DNA of 64,000 nucleotides from Sphingomonas sp. 32-62-10 (GCF_002280555.1 NZ_NCEE01000005.1:55019-119018); one strand, 5' to 3'; counted from the stretch's first letter, positions 20,313 through 30,546 are shown. A program made the numbers and translations. Notes: a model not told the origin generated them from the sequence alone.

Positions 20313-21158
20313 GTGAAAAGAGCATTGTTTCTGTTGGTCGCGGGCACCATCCTCAGCGGCGTTTGCGCCTATGCCGCCAGCGGCCAGCCGACCGGTTCGG
20401 TCAAGCTGTGGCGGCTCGATTGCGGATCGACCTATATCCCCGATCTCAACCTGTTTTCGGATACCCGCGCCTATCCCGGCCAGGGCAAGGCGCTGACGGC
20501 AAGTTGCTATCTGATCAAGAACGGCGATCGCTATATGCTGTGGGATACGGGCCTGCCCGCATCGATGAAGGGCGCCAAGATCGATCCGAAAACCGGCGGT
20601 GCCACGATCACCAAAACCATCGTCGAACAGCTTGGCGAACTGGGTGTGAAGCCTGATCAAATCACGATGATCGGCATCAGCCATTATCATTATGATCATG
20701 TCGGCCAGGCCGAATCCTTTCCCGGGGCTGCGCTGATGATTGGCAAAGGCGATCTTGACGCCTTGAGCGCGACCCCGCCCGCCTTCGGCGCGAACCCGGC
20801 GGCGCTGAAAACCTGGATTGGCGGCGCGGGTAAATCGATGCCCGTCACCGGTGATCGTGACGTGTTCGGCGATGGCAGCGTTACGATGATCGACACGCCC
20901 GGCCATACGCCGGGGCACCACGCGCTGCTGGTCAAGCTGGGCAGTGGCAAGACGTTCATGCTGACTGGCGATCTCGCGCATTTTCAGGAGAATTACGCCT
21001 CAAACGGCGTGCCCACCTTTAACACCAACCGTGCTGATACGTTGGCGTCGTTCGATCGGTTCAAGGCGCTCGCCCGCAATACTAAGGCGACGGTGATCAT
21101 CCAGCATGACCCGCGCGACATCGCCAAGCTGCCCGCTTTTCCGGCCGCCGCCGAATAA
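20313..21158 (+). CDS. Secreted MBL-fold hydrolase (N-acyl-homoserine-lactonase-like)
   Basis: SHYHYDHVG (HxHxDH) zinc motif. Signal peptide follows GTG 20313, which is preceded by GGGGGA. The track ORF starts at 20247. Confidence 0.75.
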   Translation: MKRALFLLVAGTILSGVCAYAASGQPTGSVKLWRLDCGSTYIPDLNLFSDTRAYPGQGKALTASCYLIKNGDRYMLWDTGLPASMKGAKIDPKTGGATITKTIVEQLGELGVKPDQITMIGISHYHYDHVGQAESFPGAALMIGKGDLDALSATPPAFGANPAALKTWIGGAGKSMPVTGDRDVFGDGSVTMIDTPGHTPGHHALLVKLGSGKTFMLTGDLAHFQENYASNGVPTFNTNRADTLASFDRFKALARNTKATVIIQHDPRDIAKLPAFPAAAE

Positions 21159-21261
21159 GCAACTGGACGAAGCCGGTCGGTCGCTGGCAAGGAAACCGCA
21201 TTTATGGTTGGGGGCGGATCGGGATCGATCCTCCAGCTGGCTGATTTGCGGGAGATGATCG

Positions 21262-22263
21262 ATGCGTGCCTTGCTTTCCACCGCCACTGGCGGCCCTGAC
21301 ACCCTCACGCTCGAAACGCTGCCCGATCCCGTTGCAGGCAAAGGGCAGGTCGTGGTCGCGGTCAAGGCGTGCTCGATCAACTATCCCGATGTGCTGATCA
21401 TCGAGGACAAGTATCAGTTCAAGCCCGCGCGTCCCTTCGCGCCCGGCGGTGAGATCGCTGGTGTCGTCGACAGCGTGGGAGAAGGGGTGACTGATTGGGC
21501 GCCCGGCGACCGCGTTGTGGCGACTGTTGGCCATGGCGGGCTGGTCGAGAAGATCGTGGTCGATGCCGTGCGGCTGTATCGACTGCCCGAGGGGCGCAGC
21601 TTCGAGGAGGGATCGGCGTTGCTGCTGACATATGCGACCACGATTCATGCGCTGCTCGATCGCGGGCATCTTGCCGAAGGGCAGACATTGCTGGTGCTCG
21701 GCGCGGCGGGCGGGGTCGGGCTGGCAGCGGTGGAACTCGGCAAGGCATTTGGCGCACGGGTGATTGCGGCTGTGTCCAGCGCAGACAAGGCAGCGGCGTG
21801 CAAGGCGGCAGGCGCGGATGAGACGATCATCTATGGCCGCGCGCCGTTCGACAAGGATCAGTCGCGGGCGCTGGCGGAGCAGTTCAAGGCAGTGCTCGGA
21901 CCGAATGGTGCGGACGTGATTTATGATCCGGTTGGCGGCGATTATGCCGAACCGGCGCTGCGGTCGATCGCGTGGGAGGGCCGGTATCTGGTCGTCGGTT
22001 TCCCTGCCGGCATTCCCCGGTTGCCGTTGAACCTGACGCTCCTGAAAAGCTGCGATGTGTGCGGGGTGTTCTGGGGCGCGTTTGCCGCCCGCGATCCCAA
22101 GGCGAACCAGGATCATGTCGAGCGCTTGTTCCGGCTGTGGAAGGAAGGGGCGATCAACCCGCTTGTCACGGATGTGTTCGCATTTGAGGATGGCGGCAAG
22201 GCGATCGCCAAAATGGCCGCGCGCGGTGCGATCGGGAAGCTTGTTGTTCGCGTAGCGGCATAG
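21262..22263 (+). CDS. NADPH:quinone oxidoreductase (MDR/zinc-ADH superfamily)
   Basis: GGEIAGVV and the VLGAAGGVGLAAVELGK nucleotide-binding motif. Confidence 0.85.
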   Translation: MRALLSTATGGPDTLTLETLPDPVAGKGQVVVAVKACSINYPDVLIIEDKYQFKPARPFAPGGEIAGVVDSVGEGVTDWAPGDRVVATVGHGGLVEKIVVDAVRLYRLPEGRSFEEGSALLLTYATTIHALLDRGHLAEGQTLLVLGAAGGVGLAAVELGKAFGARVIAAVSSADKAAACKAAGADETIIYGRAPFDKDQSRALAEQFKAVLGPNGADVIYDPVGGDYAEPALRSIAWEGRYLVVGFPAGIPRLPLNLTLLKSCDVCGVFWGAFAARDPKANQDHVERLFRLWKEGAINPLVTDVFAFEDGGKAIAKMAARGAIGKLVVRVAA

Positions 22264-22347
22264 TTTGGGACGCCACAGGGCGTTGCTTTAGCGGGACTGC
22301 TTCCCTATCTGGGGCCGCATGATCACCATCACAGGGAATGCCCCGGC

Positions 22348-22671
22348 ATGACAACCTTTGACGACCGCGAACGCGCTGCCGAAAACCATTTCGCGCTTGA
22401 AGAAGATGTCGCCTTCCGCGTGGTCGCGCGCCGCAACAAGCTGGTCGGCCAATGGGCCGCGCAGCTGATGAAGCTGACGCCAGAAGAATCCGAAGCCTAT
22501 GTAAAAGCCGTGGTCCAGTCTGATTTCCAGGAAGCTGGCGACGAGGATGTAATTCGCAAGATTCTGGGCGATCTGACGGCTGCCGGCGTTGCCGTCGACG
22601 ATGCCGGTGTGCGTGCGGCGCTGGCCGAGCAGCATATTGTCGCCCGTCAGCAATTGTCGGACGCGCAATAA
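22348..22671 (+). CDS. DUF1476 protein (alphaproteobacterial F1-ATPase inhibitor zeta subunit family)
   Basis: MTTFDDRERAAENHFALEEDVAFRV...RNKLVGQWAA signature. Confidence 0.8.
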   Translation: MTTFDDRERAAENHFALEEDVAFRVVARRNKLVGQWAAQLMKLTPEESEAYVKAVVQSDFQEAGDEDVIRKILGDLTAAGVAVDDAGVRAALAEQHIVARQQLSDAQ

Positions 22672-22673
22672 TC

Positions 22674-22907
22674 ATGGCGATGCCCGCCGCCGAGATCGAA
22701 CAGCTGATCCTTGCAGCCATTCCCGATGCCGCGGTTGAGATTACCGATCTGGCGGGCGACGGAGATCATTATGCTGCCGTCGTGACCGCAGAAAGTTTTC
22801 GCGGTCTGCCACGGATTAAACAACATCAGGCGGTATATGCCGCGCTGGGTGGGCGCATGGGAGGCGTTCTCCACGCGCTGAAGCTGACCACCGCCGTGCC
22901 TGCCTGA
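22674..22907 (+). CDS. BolA-family protein
   Basis: 77-aa ORF with GDGDHY...[12 protein letters not shown]...HAL pattern, adjacent to a monothiol glutaredoxin gene. Confidence 0.85.
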   Translation: MAMPAAEIEQLILAAIPDAAVEITDLAGDGDHYAAVVTAESFRGLPRIKQHQAVYAALGGRMGGVLHALKLTTAVPA

Positions 22908-22929
22908 CCTGCCTGAGAAGGAACGACCG

Positions 22930-23262
22930 ATGACTGATGACACTCACGCCCGCATTGCCGAAATGGTGGCGAGCAATGACGTTTTGCTGTTCATGAAGGG
23001 CAGCCCGCTGTTCCCGCAATGCGGCTTCTCCAGCACCGCGGTGTCGATTCTCAACCATTTGAACGTCGAATTCGGCAGCGTCGATGTGCTGCAGGATCAG
23101 GGCGTGCGCCAAGGCATCAAGGCATTTTCCGACTGGCCGACCATCCCGCAGCTCTATGTAAAGGGCGAGTTTGTCGGCGGTTCCGACATCATGATGGAAA
23201 TGTATGACAGCGGCGAATTATCGCAGTTGTTTGCCGACAAGGGGCTGGTCAGCGCCAGCTGA
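22930..23262 (+). CDS. grxD: Grx4-family monothiol glutaredoxin
   Basis: [17 protein letters not shown] active site and [16 protein letters not shown]. Confidence 0.95.
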   Translation: MTDDTHARIAEMVASNDVLLFMKGSPLFPQCGFSSTAVSILNHLNVEFGSVDVLQDQGVRQGIKAFSDWPTIPQLYVKGEFVGGSDIMMEMYDSGELSQLFADKGLVSAS

Positions 23263-23282
23263 AACGATCGAGGGGTCTGCAC

Positions 23283-24566
23283 ATGTTGCTGGATAAGGGC
23301 GATCTGCAAAGCGGACCCGCCGGCGGCCCTGCGCCGCTACTCATATGCGACCTGACTCAAAGCTATTCGCCCGCTGGCGGCGGCGGTGTGAGCACCTATT
23401 TGCGGGAAAAGCGCGACTATATTCTCGCCAAGACACCGCATACCTTGCTGCAGATCGTGCCCGGCCCGGAAGACAAGGTTGTCGTCAACGGGCGGCACAT
23501 CTGGGCCGAGGTCGGTGCCGATCCCGTCCGGGGCAGCCCCAATTACCGCTTTATCCTCCGCACCAAAATCGTGCGCGAACTGCTGGCGCGCTATCGGCCC
23601 GATGTGGTCGAGTCGCTGTGCCCCTGGGTGCTGCCATGGACCGCGATCCATCATCGTCGCGCTTATCCTGATACGGCGTTGGTGGCCGCCTACAGCACCG
23701 ATTTCCCGAACGCCCATGTTTTTCGGGTCGCGCAGGCCAAGTTCGGGACGACGCTCGGCAAGGGCTTTCGCTGGCTGTCCTACGGCTATGCCGAAATCAC
23801 CTATCGCGAATTCGACTGGGTCTACACGTTGAGCGATGAAGTGTGCGCGGTACTCGCCAAGCACAATGTGCCACGCACCAGCGTGCTGCAGCTTGGCGTC
23901 GACATCGATACCTTCCATCCCAGCAAGCGTGATCCCGGTTTCCGTGCCGAGCTTGGCCTGCCGGGCGATGGGCCGCTGCTGATTTACGCGGGTCGGCTAG
24001 ATAACGAAAAGCGCGCCGACCGGCTGGTCGATATGTTCCGACGCTTACCCAACGATCTGGGCGCCGCCATGGTGTTGATCGGTGATGGCAAGCTGCGCGA
24101 GCGCCTTGCCGAGGAAAGTCGCGATCTGCCAATCCATTTCATGGGCTTCGTTCATGATCGCGATGTGCTTGCGCGCGCGCTGGCATCGTCGGATATCTAT
24201 GTTTCGGGGATGGCAGACGAGACATTCGGCATCTCGATTGTCGAGGCGCAGGCATCTGGCCTGCCAGTGGTCGGCGTTGCGAGTGGCGCGATGATTGATC
24301 GGGTGCCAGACGGCCTCGGGCTGCTCGGGCCGGTGGACGACACCCAGAAGATGGCCGAACATGTGATGGCAATCTGGCATGACGATCATGAGGCGATCGG
24401 TCGTGCGGCGTGCGCGCATGTCGAGGCGCGGTTCAGTTGGGATCGCACGTTTGAACGGCTATTGACGGATATCTACCCCAAGGCGTTGCAAAGCGTTGCC
24501 ATGCGCCGGACCACGGGCGGCAGGCCGCGCGCGACAATCTTGTCCGCGCCAGTGCCGGTCGCCTGA
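23283..24566 (+). CDS. Glycosyltransferase, GT4 (GT-B fold) family
   Basis: C-terminal E-x7-E region (ETFGISIVEAQASGLPVV). Confidence 0.8.
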   Translation: MLLDKGDLQSGPAGGPAPLLICDLTQSYSPAGGGGVSTYLREKRDYILAKTPHTLLQIVPGPEDKVVVNGRHIWAEVGADPVRGSPNYRFILRTKIVRELLARYRPDVVESLCPWVLPWTAIHHRRAYPDTALVAAYSTDFPNAHVFRVAQAKFGTTLGKGFRWLSYGYAEITYREFDWVYTLSDEVCAVLAKHNVPRTSVLQLGVDIDTFHPSKRDPGFRAELGLPGDGPLLIYAGRLDNEKRADRLVDMFRRLPNDLGAAMVLIGDGKLRERLAEESRDLPIHFMGFVHDRDVLARALASSDIYVSGMADETFGISIVEAQASGLPVVGVASGAMIDRVPDGLGLLGPVDDTQKMAEHVMAIWHDDHEAIGRAACAHVEARFSWDRTFERLLTDIYPKALQSVAMRRTTGGRPRATILSAPVPVA

Positions 24567-24597
24567 TTCGGGCGATGTCGTAAGGGAAGCCGGGTTG

Positions 24598-24638
24598 GGC
24601 GGATCGACGCGATACCGGAAAACAGCTGTCGATCCGCC
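24598..24638 (+). terminator. Strong hairpin downstream of the glycosyltransferase gene (terminator-like, no U-tract)
   Basis: Perfect 11-bp stem GGCGGATCGAC / GTCGATCCGCC with a 19-nt loop. Confidence 0.4.
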
Positions 24639-24842
24639 CTGCTAAAGCGTCACCGCTCGGCGTAATCCTGATAAAGCAGCTTGCGTGCCAAGCCGGCAAA
24701 GTCGCGAAAAGCCAAGCCATTCGATGGTTAACGACCATCCCGACCATAGCCCAACTGTAACGATTCCCGACACTTTTTCCGTTCATCTGCCAGTCAGGCT
24801 CATTCGGTCAAAACGCCTGCGTTCCAAACATCGACACAACTC

Positions 24843-24872
24843 TTGACTACATTTGTAATCAATGCGATTACA
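24843..24872 (+). promoter_or_regulatory. blaI-like promoter with BlaI/MecI-type operator dyads
   Basis: TTGACT -35-like hexamer overlapping TACA-TT-TGTA (24848-24857), plus a second perfect dyad TGTAATC-N5-GATTACA (24854-24872). Lies about 25 nt upstream of the ATG. Confidence 0.6.
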
Positions 24873-24894
24873 GGCGTAATCAAGGGAGCTTGCG

Positions 24895-25263
24895 ATGACC
24901 GAACGAATCAGCGATGCCGAGCATGCCGTGATGGAAGTGTTGTGGGATCGTGCGCCGCTTTCCGCGCAGGATGTGGCCGAAGGAATCGCACCGGGCCGCG
25001 ACTGGAACATCAACACTGTCAAGACATTGCTCGGTCGGCTGCTCGCCAAGAACGTGATCGCGCATGAAGAGGATGGCCGTCGCTATCTCTATCGCCCGTT
25101 GGTGGCGCGCGAAGATTATGTCGCGGGGGAATCGCGGCGGCTGATGGATCGGCTGTTCGGGGGCAAGCTGATGCCGCTTGTCGCCCATCTCGCTGAGCGC
25201 GACGCGTTAAGCGCGCAGGACATCGCCGAGATCGAAGCGTTGCTAAAGGATCTGAAATCATGA
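24895..25263 (+). CDS. BlaI/MecI/CopY-family transcriptional repressor
   Basis: ISDAEHAVMEVLWDRAPLSAQDV...NTVKTLLGRLLAKNVI winged-helix signature. ATGA overlap with the downstream M56 gene. Confidence 0.9.
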   Translation: MTERISDAEHAVMEVLWDRAPLSAQDVAEGIAPGRDWNINTVKTLLGRLLAKNVIAHEEDGRRYLYRPLVAREDYVAGESRRLMDRLFGGKLMPLVAHLAERDALSAQDIAEIEALLKDLKS

Positions 25264-26954
25264 TCAGTTGGGCAATCGAATCACTGCTGGCGTCGGCGGC
25301 GTTGATGTTGCTCGTGCTGATCATGCGCGGGCCGGTGCGGCGGGCTTTTGGTCCTGGTATCGCTTATGCGCTGTGGCTGTTGCCGGTCGTCCGGCTCGTC
25401 CTGCCGCCGATGCCGACCGAGTGGCAAAAGGCGGCAGCGCCGCCGATTACGCAAGCGAGCGAAAGTTTTACAGTGCTAGTGATCGAGCCGCTTGGCCTCG
25501 GACAGGCAGCGGCCCCGGTGGCACAGGGACCATCGCTCTTGGTGATTTTAGTTGCTCTATGGGCTGCTGGCGCCAGCGCCTTCATCTTATGGCATCTAGT
25601 TGCGCATTCGCGGTTCTGCCGACGCATTCTCGCAAGTTCACGCCAAGTTTCGCCCGGCCACATTCGGGTTTTACGGAGCGACGCTGCTGCAGGCCCACTA
25701 GCCTTTGGCATTCTGCGAAAATATGTGGCTTTTCCGAGCGATTTTGAAGATCGATACGATGCCGATGAACGCGATCTTGCGCTCGCACATGAGCTTACCC
25801 ATCACGCGCGCGGTGATTTGATCGCCAATTGGGTGGCGCTGGTTGTGCTGGCGCTGCACTGGTTCAATCCGCTGGCGTGGCGCGCGTTCCGGGCCTTTCG
25901 CGCTGATCAGGAAATGGCGTGCGATGCGCGCGTTCTGGCAGGGCGCGACGCCGCCTTCACTCATGCCTATGGCCGCGCGATCGTGAAATCCGCTCATGGC
26001 GGTGCGGTTTCGGCTGCCTGCCACCTTCACACCATCAACGATTTGAAAGGGAGACTGAGGATGCTGTCGACAACGAAGAAATCACCGCTGCGGGTTGCAG
26101 GTGGCGCGCTTTCGGTATGCGCGGTAACGCTGGCCGGGCTGGCGCTGACCGCGTCGGGCACGCAGGCCGCCGAACGGCTGCGCAGCAAGGTCGATTCAAC
26201 AATCGGCGTTGAACTTGCCAAGCTCGATCGGATGGCTGCCGATGCGGCTGCACCGCTGCCGACGCTAACGCCGCTGGCTGCAGTGGCCGGCCAGACCGTG
26301 CCGGTGCCGCCTTCGGCCGTTGCACCAGCAGATCTGCCACCGCCGCCGCCGCCGCCAGTGCCAGGTGTTCCCGATACGGCGATGCCAGCGCCGCCTGCGC
26401 CTCCGGCCCCTCCCGCGACGGAATCACGTACCCGGGTGATCGTGCTCGACCAAGTCGGCAAGTCCGGGAAGGATCCGAAGGGGCACCGCGAAATGAGGTT
26501 CGTTTTCCGCGACAAGGATGGCGTTCGCATGATGGCGCCTGAAGCTGGTGCCTGGACGGCGATGTCCACATCCGGGGAATGCAGCGATGGCAAGAACAAG
26601 GACGGCAAGATCGTCTCGACCAAGAAGTCGGATGGTAAGCACGTGATCATCATTTGCGAACGGCACATTGAGAAAATGGCGATGCGCGCTCGCGATCATG
26701 CCGTGCATGCTGAACTGATGGGCAGGATGGCCGAACGCATGGGCAGGAATGCCGAACGCGATGCTGAGCGCATGGCGTTCCGGATGCCCGATATCGAGCG
26801 TAACGCTTATCGCAGCGCGCTTGAAGGCGTACGCAATGCGCGGGCCGGGATGGTCGCCAATAAGAATCTGACCGGCGAAGCGCGGACCAGTGCCCTTAAG
26901 GCCATGGATGAGGCGATCGCCGAACTCGAAGCCAATCTCGCCAAGGTCAACTGA
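25260..26954 (+). CDS. BlaR1-like M56 peptidase signal transducer with a non-PBP C-terminal region
   Basis: N-terminal TM helices and the HELTHHARGD zinc-protease motif. These are followed by a TM segment, a Pro-rich tract (PPPPPPVPGVP...PPAPPAPPA), a Lys/Asp-rich segment and a helical tail with AERM-type repeats. Confidence 0.8.
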   Translation: MISWAIESLLASAALMLLVLIMRGPVRRAFGPGIAYALWLLPVVRLVLPPMPTEWQKAAAPPITQASESFTVLVIEPLGLGQAAAPVAQGPSLLVILVALWAAGASAFILWHLVAHSRFCRRILASSRQVSPGHIRVLRSDAAAGPLAFGILRKYVAFPSDFEDRYDADERDLALAHELTHHARGDLIANWVALVVLALHWFNPLAWRAFRAFRADQEMACDARVLAGRDAAFTHAYGRAIVKSAHGGAVSAACHLHTINDLKGRLRMLSTTKKSPLRVAGGALSVCAVTLAGLALTASGTQAAERLRSKVDSTIGVELAKLDRMAADAAAPLPTLTPLAAVAGQTVPVPPSAVAPADLPPPPPPPVPGVPDTAMPAPPAPPAPPATESRTRVIVLDQVGKSGKDPKGHREMRFVFRDKDGVRMMAPEAGAWTAMSTSGECSDGKNKDGKIVSTKKSDGKHVIIICERHIEKMAMRARDHAVHAELMGRMAERMGRNAERDAERMAFRMPDIERNAYRSALEGVRNARAGMVANKNLTGEARTSALKAMDEAIAELEANLAKVN

Positions 26955-26993
26955 TCGAACATCCGAATTCGACGCCCCCTCGGCATCGGACGG

Positions 26994-27029
26994 AATCCCG
27001 GCAGGCTGTGCCCCTTGCCTGCCGGGATT
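26994..27029 (+). terminator. Strong hairpin after the blaR1-like gene
   Basis: Perfect 12-bp stem AATCCCGGCAGG / CCTGCCGGGATT with a 12-nt loop. No clear U-tract. Confidence 0.5.
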
Positions 27030-27105
27030 ACTGTGTGGGGGGTATGGCGGCGTGGGACCAATCCCGGGCCTTGTCTTTATTGACGTAAACCGCCATTTCA
27101 GAGCG

Positions 27106-27963
27106 ATGGACGCGCTTCCAACCGGCGATTGCATCGCGATTGGGCCACTCGTGTCGCGGGTCCTGGCGCCGAATCCGTCGCCTTTCACTTTTACCGGTAC
27201 GCAGACCCATATCGTCGGCACCACAGATGTTGCCGTCATTGATCCCGGTCCAGCCGATCCGGAGCATATCGATGCGATCATGCGGGGCATTGCCGGCCGC
27301 ACGCTCACCGCGATCGTCATCACCCATACCCATAACGATCACAGCCCCGGAAGCAGGCCGCTACAGGCGCTGACCGGTGCACCGATCGTTGGTTGCGCAC
27401 CGCTGGTGCTCGACAATCTAGGGCCGCGCGCGGATGCCGCGTTCGATGCCGATTATGCGCCTAATCGGGTGATGGCAGAGGGTGATGCCGTTAAGGGCGA
27501 GGGTTGGACGCTGACTGCAGTCGAAACGCCCGGGCACACATCGAACCATCTCTGCTTTGCCCTGCCCGAAGCCCGCGCCCTGTTTTCAGGGGATCACGTG
27601 ATGGGCTGGTCGACCACCGTGGTTGCCCCGCCCGATGGCGACATGACGGCCTATATGGCGAGCCTCGCTAAGCTGCAGGCGCGCGATGATGCAGTCTATT
27701 ATCCTGCGCACGGCGAACCCATCACCAATCCTGCGCAAAAGGTGCGCGGCTTCCTCGGCCATCGCCGCCAGCGTGAAGCCCAGATCATGCGCCTGATTGA
27801 AGAGGGGGTGGGCACCATCCCCGATCTGGTCGAGCGGATGTATGTGGGGGTGGACCGGCGGCTGTTCGGCGCAGCGGGAGGATCGGTGCTTGCGCATCTG
27901 ATCGATTTGCAGGGGCGCGGGCTGGTAACGGTCGAAAATGACCATTGGTGGAAGGTGGGCTGA
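27106..27963 (+). CDS. MBL-fold metallo-hydrolase (LACTB2-like, with C-terminal winged-helix)
   Basis: THTHNDHS (HxHxDH) motif and TPGHTSNH. ATG 27106 gives MDALPTGD...; the track ORF starts further upstream. Confidence 0.8.
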   Translation: MDALPTGDCIAIGPLVSRVLAPNPSPFTFTGTQTHIVGTTDVAVIDPGPADPEHIDAIMRGIAGRTLTAIVITHTHNDHSPGSRPLQALTGAPIVGCAPLVLDNLGPRADAAFDADYAPNRVMAEGDAVKGEGWTLTAVETPGHTSNHLCFALPEARALFSGDHVMGWSTTVVAPPDGDMTAYMASLAKLQARDDAVYYPAHGEPITNPAQKVRGFLGHRRQREAQIMRLIEEGVGTIPDLVERMYVGVDRRLFGAAGGSVLAHLIDLQGRGLVTVENDHWWKVG

Positions 27964-28643
27964 TGCGGTGCTTTCTGCAGTTTCTCGCGGCAATTGCCAT
28001 TCTCGTGCTGATCGCAGCGGGCGGGCTGTACGGCCTGAACCGCTACGTCCAGAACAAGCTCGATCCCGATGCGGTAACGGTCGCCAATGCCAGCTTGCAG
28101 GGGCTGCGCGAACAGAACCGGCTGTCGGCGTTCGCCGCACGGTTCGTGGCGGTGGTGACGACCAAGCAGACGCAAGGCGTGTTCAGCACGCAGAAGACGC
28201 TGATCATGCCCGGCATGGTGCGCTACGAGGTCGATCTCGCACGATTGCAGGAACGCGACGTGACCTGGGACGCAAGCACCAAATCGCTCACCGTCACTCT
28301 GCCGCCGGTGGAGATTGACGGTCCCCAGATCGACCTGACCCAGATCCGCGAATATGGCGATAACGGATTGCTCGCGCGTTTCACCGATGCGGAAAAGACG
28401 CTCGACGCCGCGAATCGCGCCGCCGGGCAGCAGGAACTGATCAAGCAGGCGCGTGATCCGGTGCCGCTCGGGCTCGCGCGCGACGCGACCCGGCGCGCGG
28501 TGGAACGCAGCTTTGCGATGCCGCTCCGCGCGGTCGGCATCGATGCCAAGGTGACCGTGCGCTTTGCTGACGAAGCCCTGCCGAGCACCGAACGCTGGGA
28601 TACATCGCGCTCGCTGGAAGAAGTGATGGGCAACGCGCGCTAG
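27963..28643 (+). CDS. DUF4230-like membrane-anchored protein
   Basis: N-terminal TM (FLQFLAAIAILVLIAAGGLYGL) and an about 200-aa soluble domain. TGATG overlap with the upstream gene. Confidence 0.5.
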   Translation: MRCFLQFLAAIAILVLIAAGGLYGLNRYVQNKLDPDAVTVANASLQGLREQNRLSAFAARFVAVVTTKQTQGVFSTQKTLIMPGMVRYEVDLARLQERDVTWDASTKSLTVTLPPVEIDGPQIDLTQIREYGDNGLLARFTDAEKTLDAANRAAGQQELIKQARDPVPLGLARDATRRAVERSFAMPLRAVGIDAKVTVRFADEALPSTERWDTSRSLEEVMGNAR

Positions 28644-28713
28644 CAGCGCGCCGCTATTCATTACGCCCCTGAACTTTGCTACCCTCATCACTGGGATTGG
28701 GGGATCATCAATT

Positions 28714-29484
28714 ATGGCGACTTTGGCATTTCCGCAGCCGCGGCAACGCAGCGACGACGGCTTTTTTCTGACCATGGCCTTTGTCATGGCTGGGCTGCTG
28801 ATTGCGGGATTCAGCTTGAATATCGTCATGGGGCGCTCGTCGTTTGAGCGACCGCCCATCGTCCATGCCCATGCGATCATCTTCATGGGGTGGATGGTCA
28901 TCTATGTGCTGCAGAACTGGTTCGCGACTAAGGGGCCGCTGGCGCTCCACCGGCGGCTCGGCTGGCTGGCGCTTGGGTGGCTGGCCCTGATGCTCTATTT
29001 CGGCACCGCCGTTACGGTCATGAACGTGCAGGCCGGCACCGTGCCGTTCTTTTTCCAGCCGCTGCATTTTCTGGTCTTCGATCCGATGTCGCTGATCGGC
29101 TGCATCGCGTTGATCGGCGCGGGCGTATCCATGCGTGCCGATACCGGCTGGCACCGACGGCTGAATTACTGCGGCATGGCACTGCTGGTGGCACCCGGTG
29201 TTGGTCGCTTGCTGCCGATGCCATTGCTGATTCCCTATGCTTATCAATCCGCCTTTGCCGTCGTCCTGCTATTGCCGGTGATTGGCATCGTTGCCGATTG
29301 GTGGCGCGACGGGCGGGTGCATCCGGCCTGGTGGTGGGGGCTGGGCGGCATGATCGCGACCGAAGTGGTGACCGAAGCGATTGCCTTCAGCCCGCTCGGC
29401 CTTTCGCTGTATGAAGCCGTTACTGCCGGCACGCCGGGTGCGGCAATCGCGCCGCTGGCATTTCCGCCGTCACCATTGGGTTGA
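28714..29484 (+). CDS. Polytopic membrane protein, unknown function
   Basis: 256-aa ORF with about 7 hydrophobic helices. No motif recognised. Confidence 0.55.
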   Translation: MATLAFPQPRQRSDDGFFLTMAFVMAGLLIAGFSLNIVMGRSSFERPPIVHAHAIIFMGWMVIYVLQNWFATKGPLALHRRLGWLALGWLALMLYFGTAVTVMNVQAGTVPFFFQPLHFLVFDPMSLIGCIALIGAGVSMRADTGWHRRLNYCGMALLVAPGVGRLLPMPLLIPYAYQSAFAVVLLLPVIGIVADWWRDGRVHPAWWWGLGGMIATEVVTEAIAFSPLGLSLYEAVTAGTPGAAIAPLAFPPSPLG

Positions 29485-29535
29485 TCCTGCGCCCCGCCGG
29501 GGCCATGTGGGCACTAACGACGCGGGAGTAGAAAC

Positions 29536-30546
29536 ATGGACGCACGTGGTGGTATTGGCGGCAACCCGACGGGCACCGATTTGCGCGACGAGATCGATCG
29601 GCTGCGCAAGGATCGCAACGCCGTCATCCTCGCGCATTATTATCAGCGGCCCGAAATTCAGGACATTGCCGATTTCGTCGGCGACAGTCTTGATCTGAGC
29701 CGCAAGGCAGCGGCTACCGATGCCGAAGTGATCGCGTTTTGCGGCGTGAAGTTCATGGCTGATACCGCCAAGATTTTAAGCCCCGAGAAGATCGTTGTCC
29801 TTCCCGATCTGCGCGCGGGATGCAGCCTGGAAGATAGTTGCCCGCCCGAAAAATTTGCGGCCTTCCGCGCCGCACATCCGGATCATATCGCGCTGACGTA
29901 CATCAACTGTTCGACCGAGGTGAAAGCGCTCAGCGACGTCATCGTCACCTCATCATCGGCGGAAAAGATCCTCAGCCAGATCCCGCTCGACCAGAAGATC
30001 ATCTTCGGCCCCGACAAGCATCTGGGCGGCTATCTCGCGCGCAAGACCGGGCGGGAGATGCTGCTCTGGCCTGGCGTGTGCATCGTGCACGAAGCGTTCA
30101 GCGAAACCGAATTGCTCAAGCTGAAGGCGAAGCATCCCGGTGCCCCGGTGGCGGCGCACCCCGAATGCCCGCCTTATATTCTCGATCATGCCGATTATGT
30201 CGGATCGACCAGCGGCATCCTCGCTTTTGCCGCGGCAATGTCCGGCGACACGCTGATCGTCGCCACTGAACCGCACATCATCCACCAGATGGAAAAAGCC
30301 GATCCGACCAAGAATTTCATCGGCGCGCCGGGCGCCGACGGCAACTGCAACTGCAACATCTGCCCGTATATGGCGATGAACACGATGGAGAAGCTCTACA
30401 TCGCGCTGCGCGATCTGGAGCCGCGGATCGAGATCGAGGAAGACCTCCGACTGCGTGCGAAGAAATCGCTCGATGCGATGCTGGCGATGGCGAGTGCGAC
30501 GGTGGGGCAAGGCGATCTGGGGCCGGTGAAGATCAGCGGGGATTGA
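29536..30546 (+). CDS. nadA: Quinolinate synthase
   Basis: AVILAHYYQRPEIQDIADFVGDSL and three conserved Cys regions (CGVKFM, INCS, CNICPYM). Confidence 0.95.
   Translation: MDARGGIGGNPTGTDLRDEIDRLRKDRNAVILAHYYQRPEIQDIADFVGDSLDLSRKAAATDAEVIAFCGVKFMADTAKILSPEKIVVLPDLRAGCSLEDSCPPEKFAAFRAAHPDHIALTYINCSTEVKALSDVIVTSSSAEKILSQIPLDQKIIFGPDKHLGGYLARKTGREMLLWPGVCIVHEAFSETELLKLKAKHPGAPVAAHPECPPYILDHADYVGSTSGILAFAAAMSGDTLIVATEPHIIHQMEKADPTKNFIGAPGADGNCNCNICPYMAMNTMEKLYIALRDLEPRIEIEEDLRLRAKKSLDAMLAMASATVGQGDLGPVKISGD

Noticed and set aside
26330-26412. Pro-rich tract in the BlaR1-like protein as a TonB-type domain
   Set aside because: Pro-rich spacers occur in TonB, but the downstream sequence does not show the TonB C-terminal pattern I would expect. 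It is not called TonB-like.
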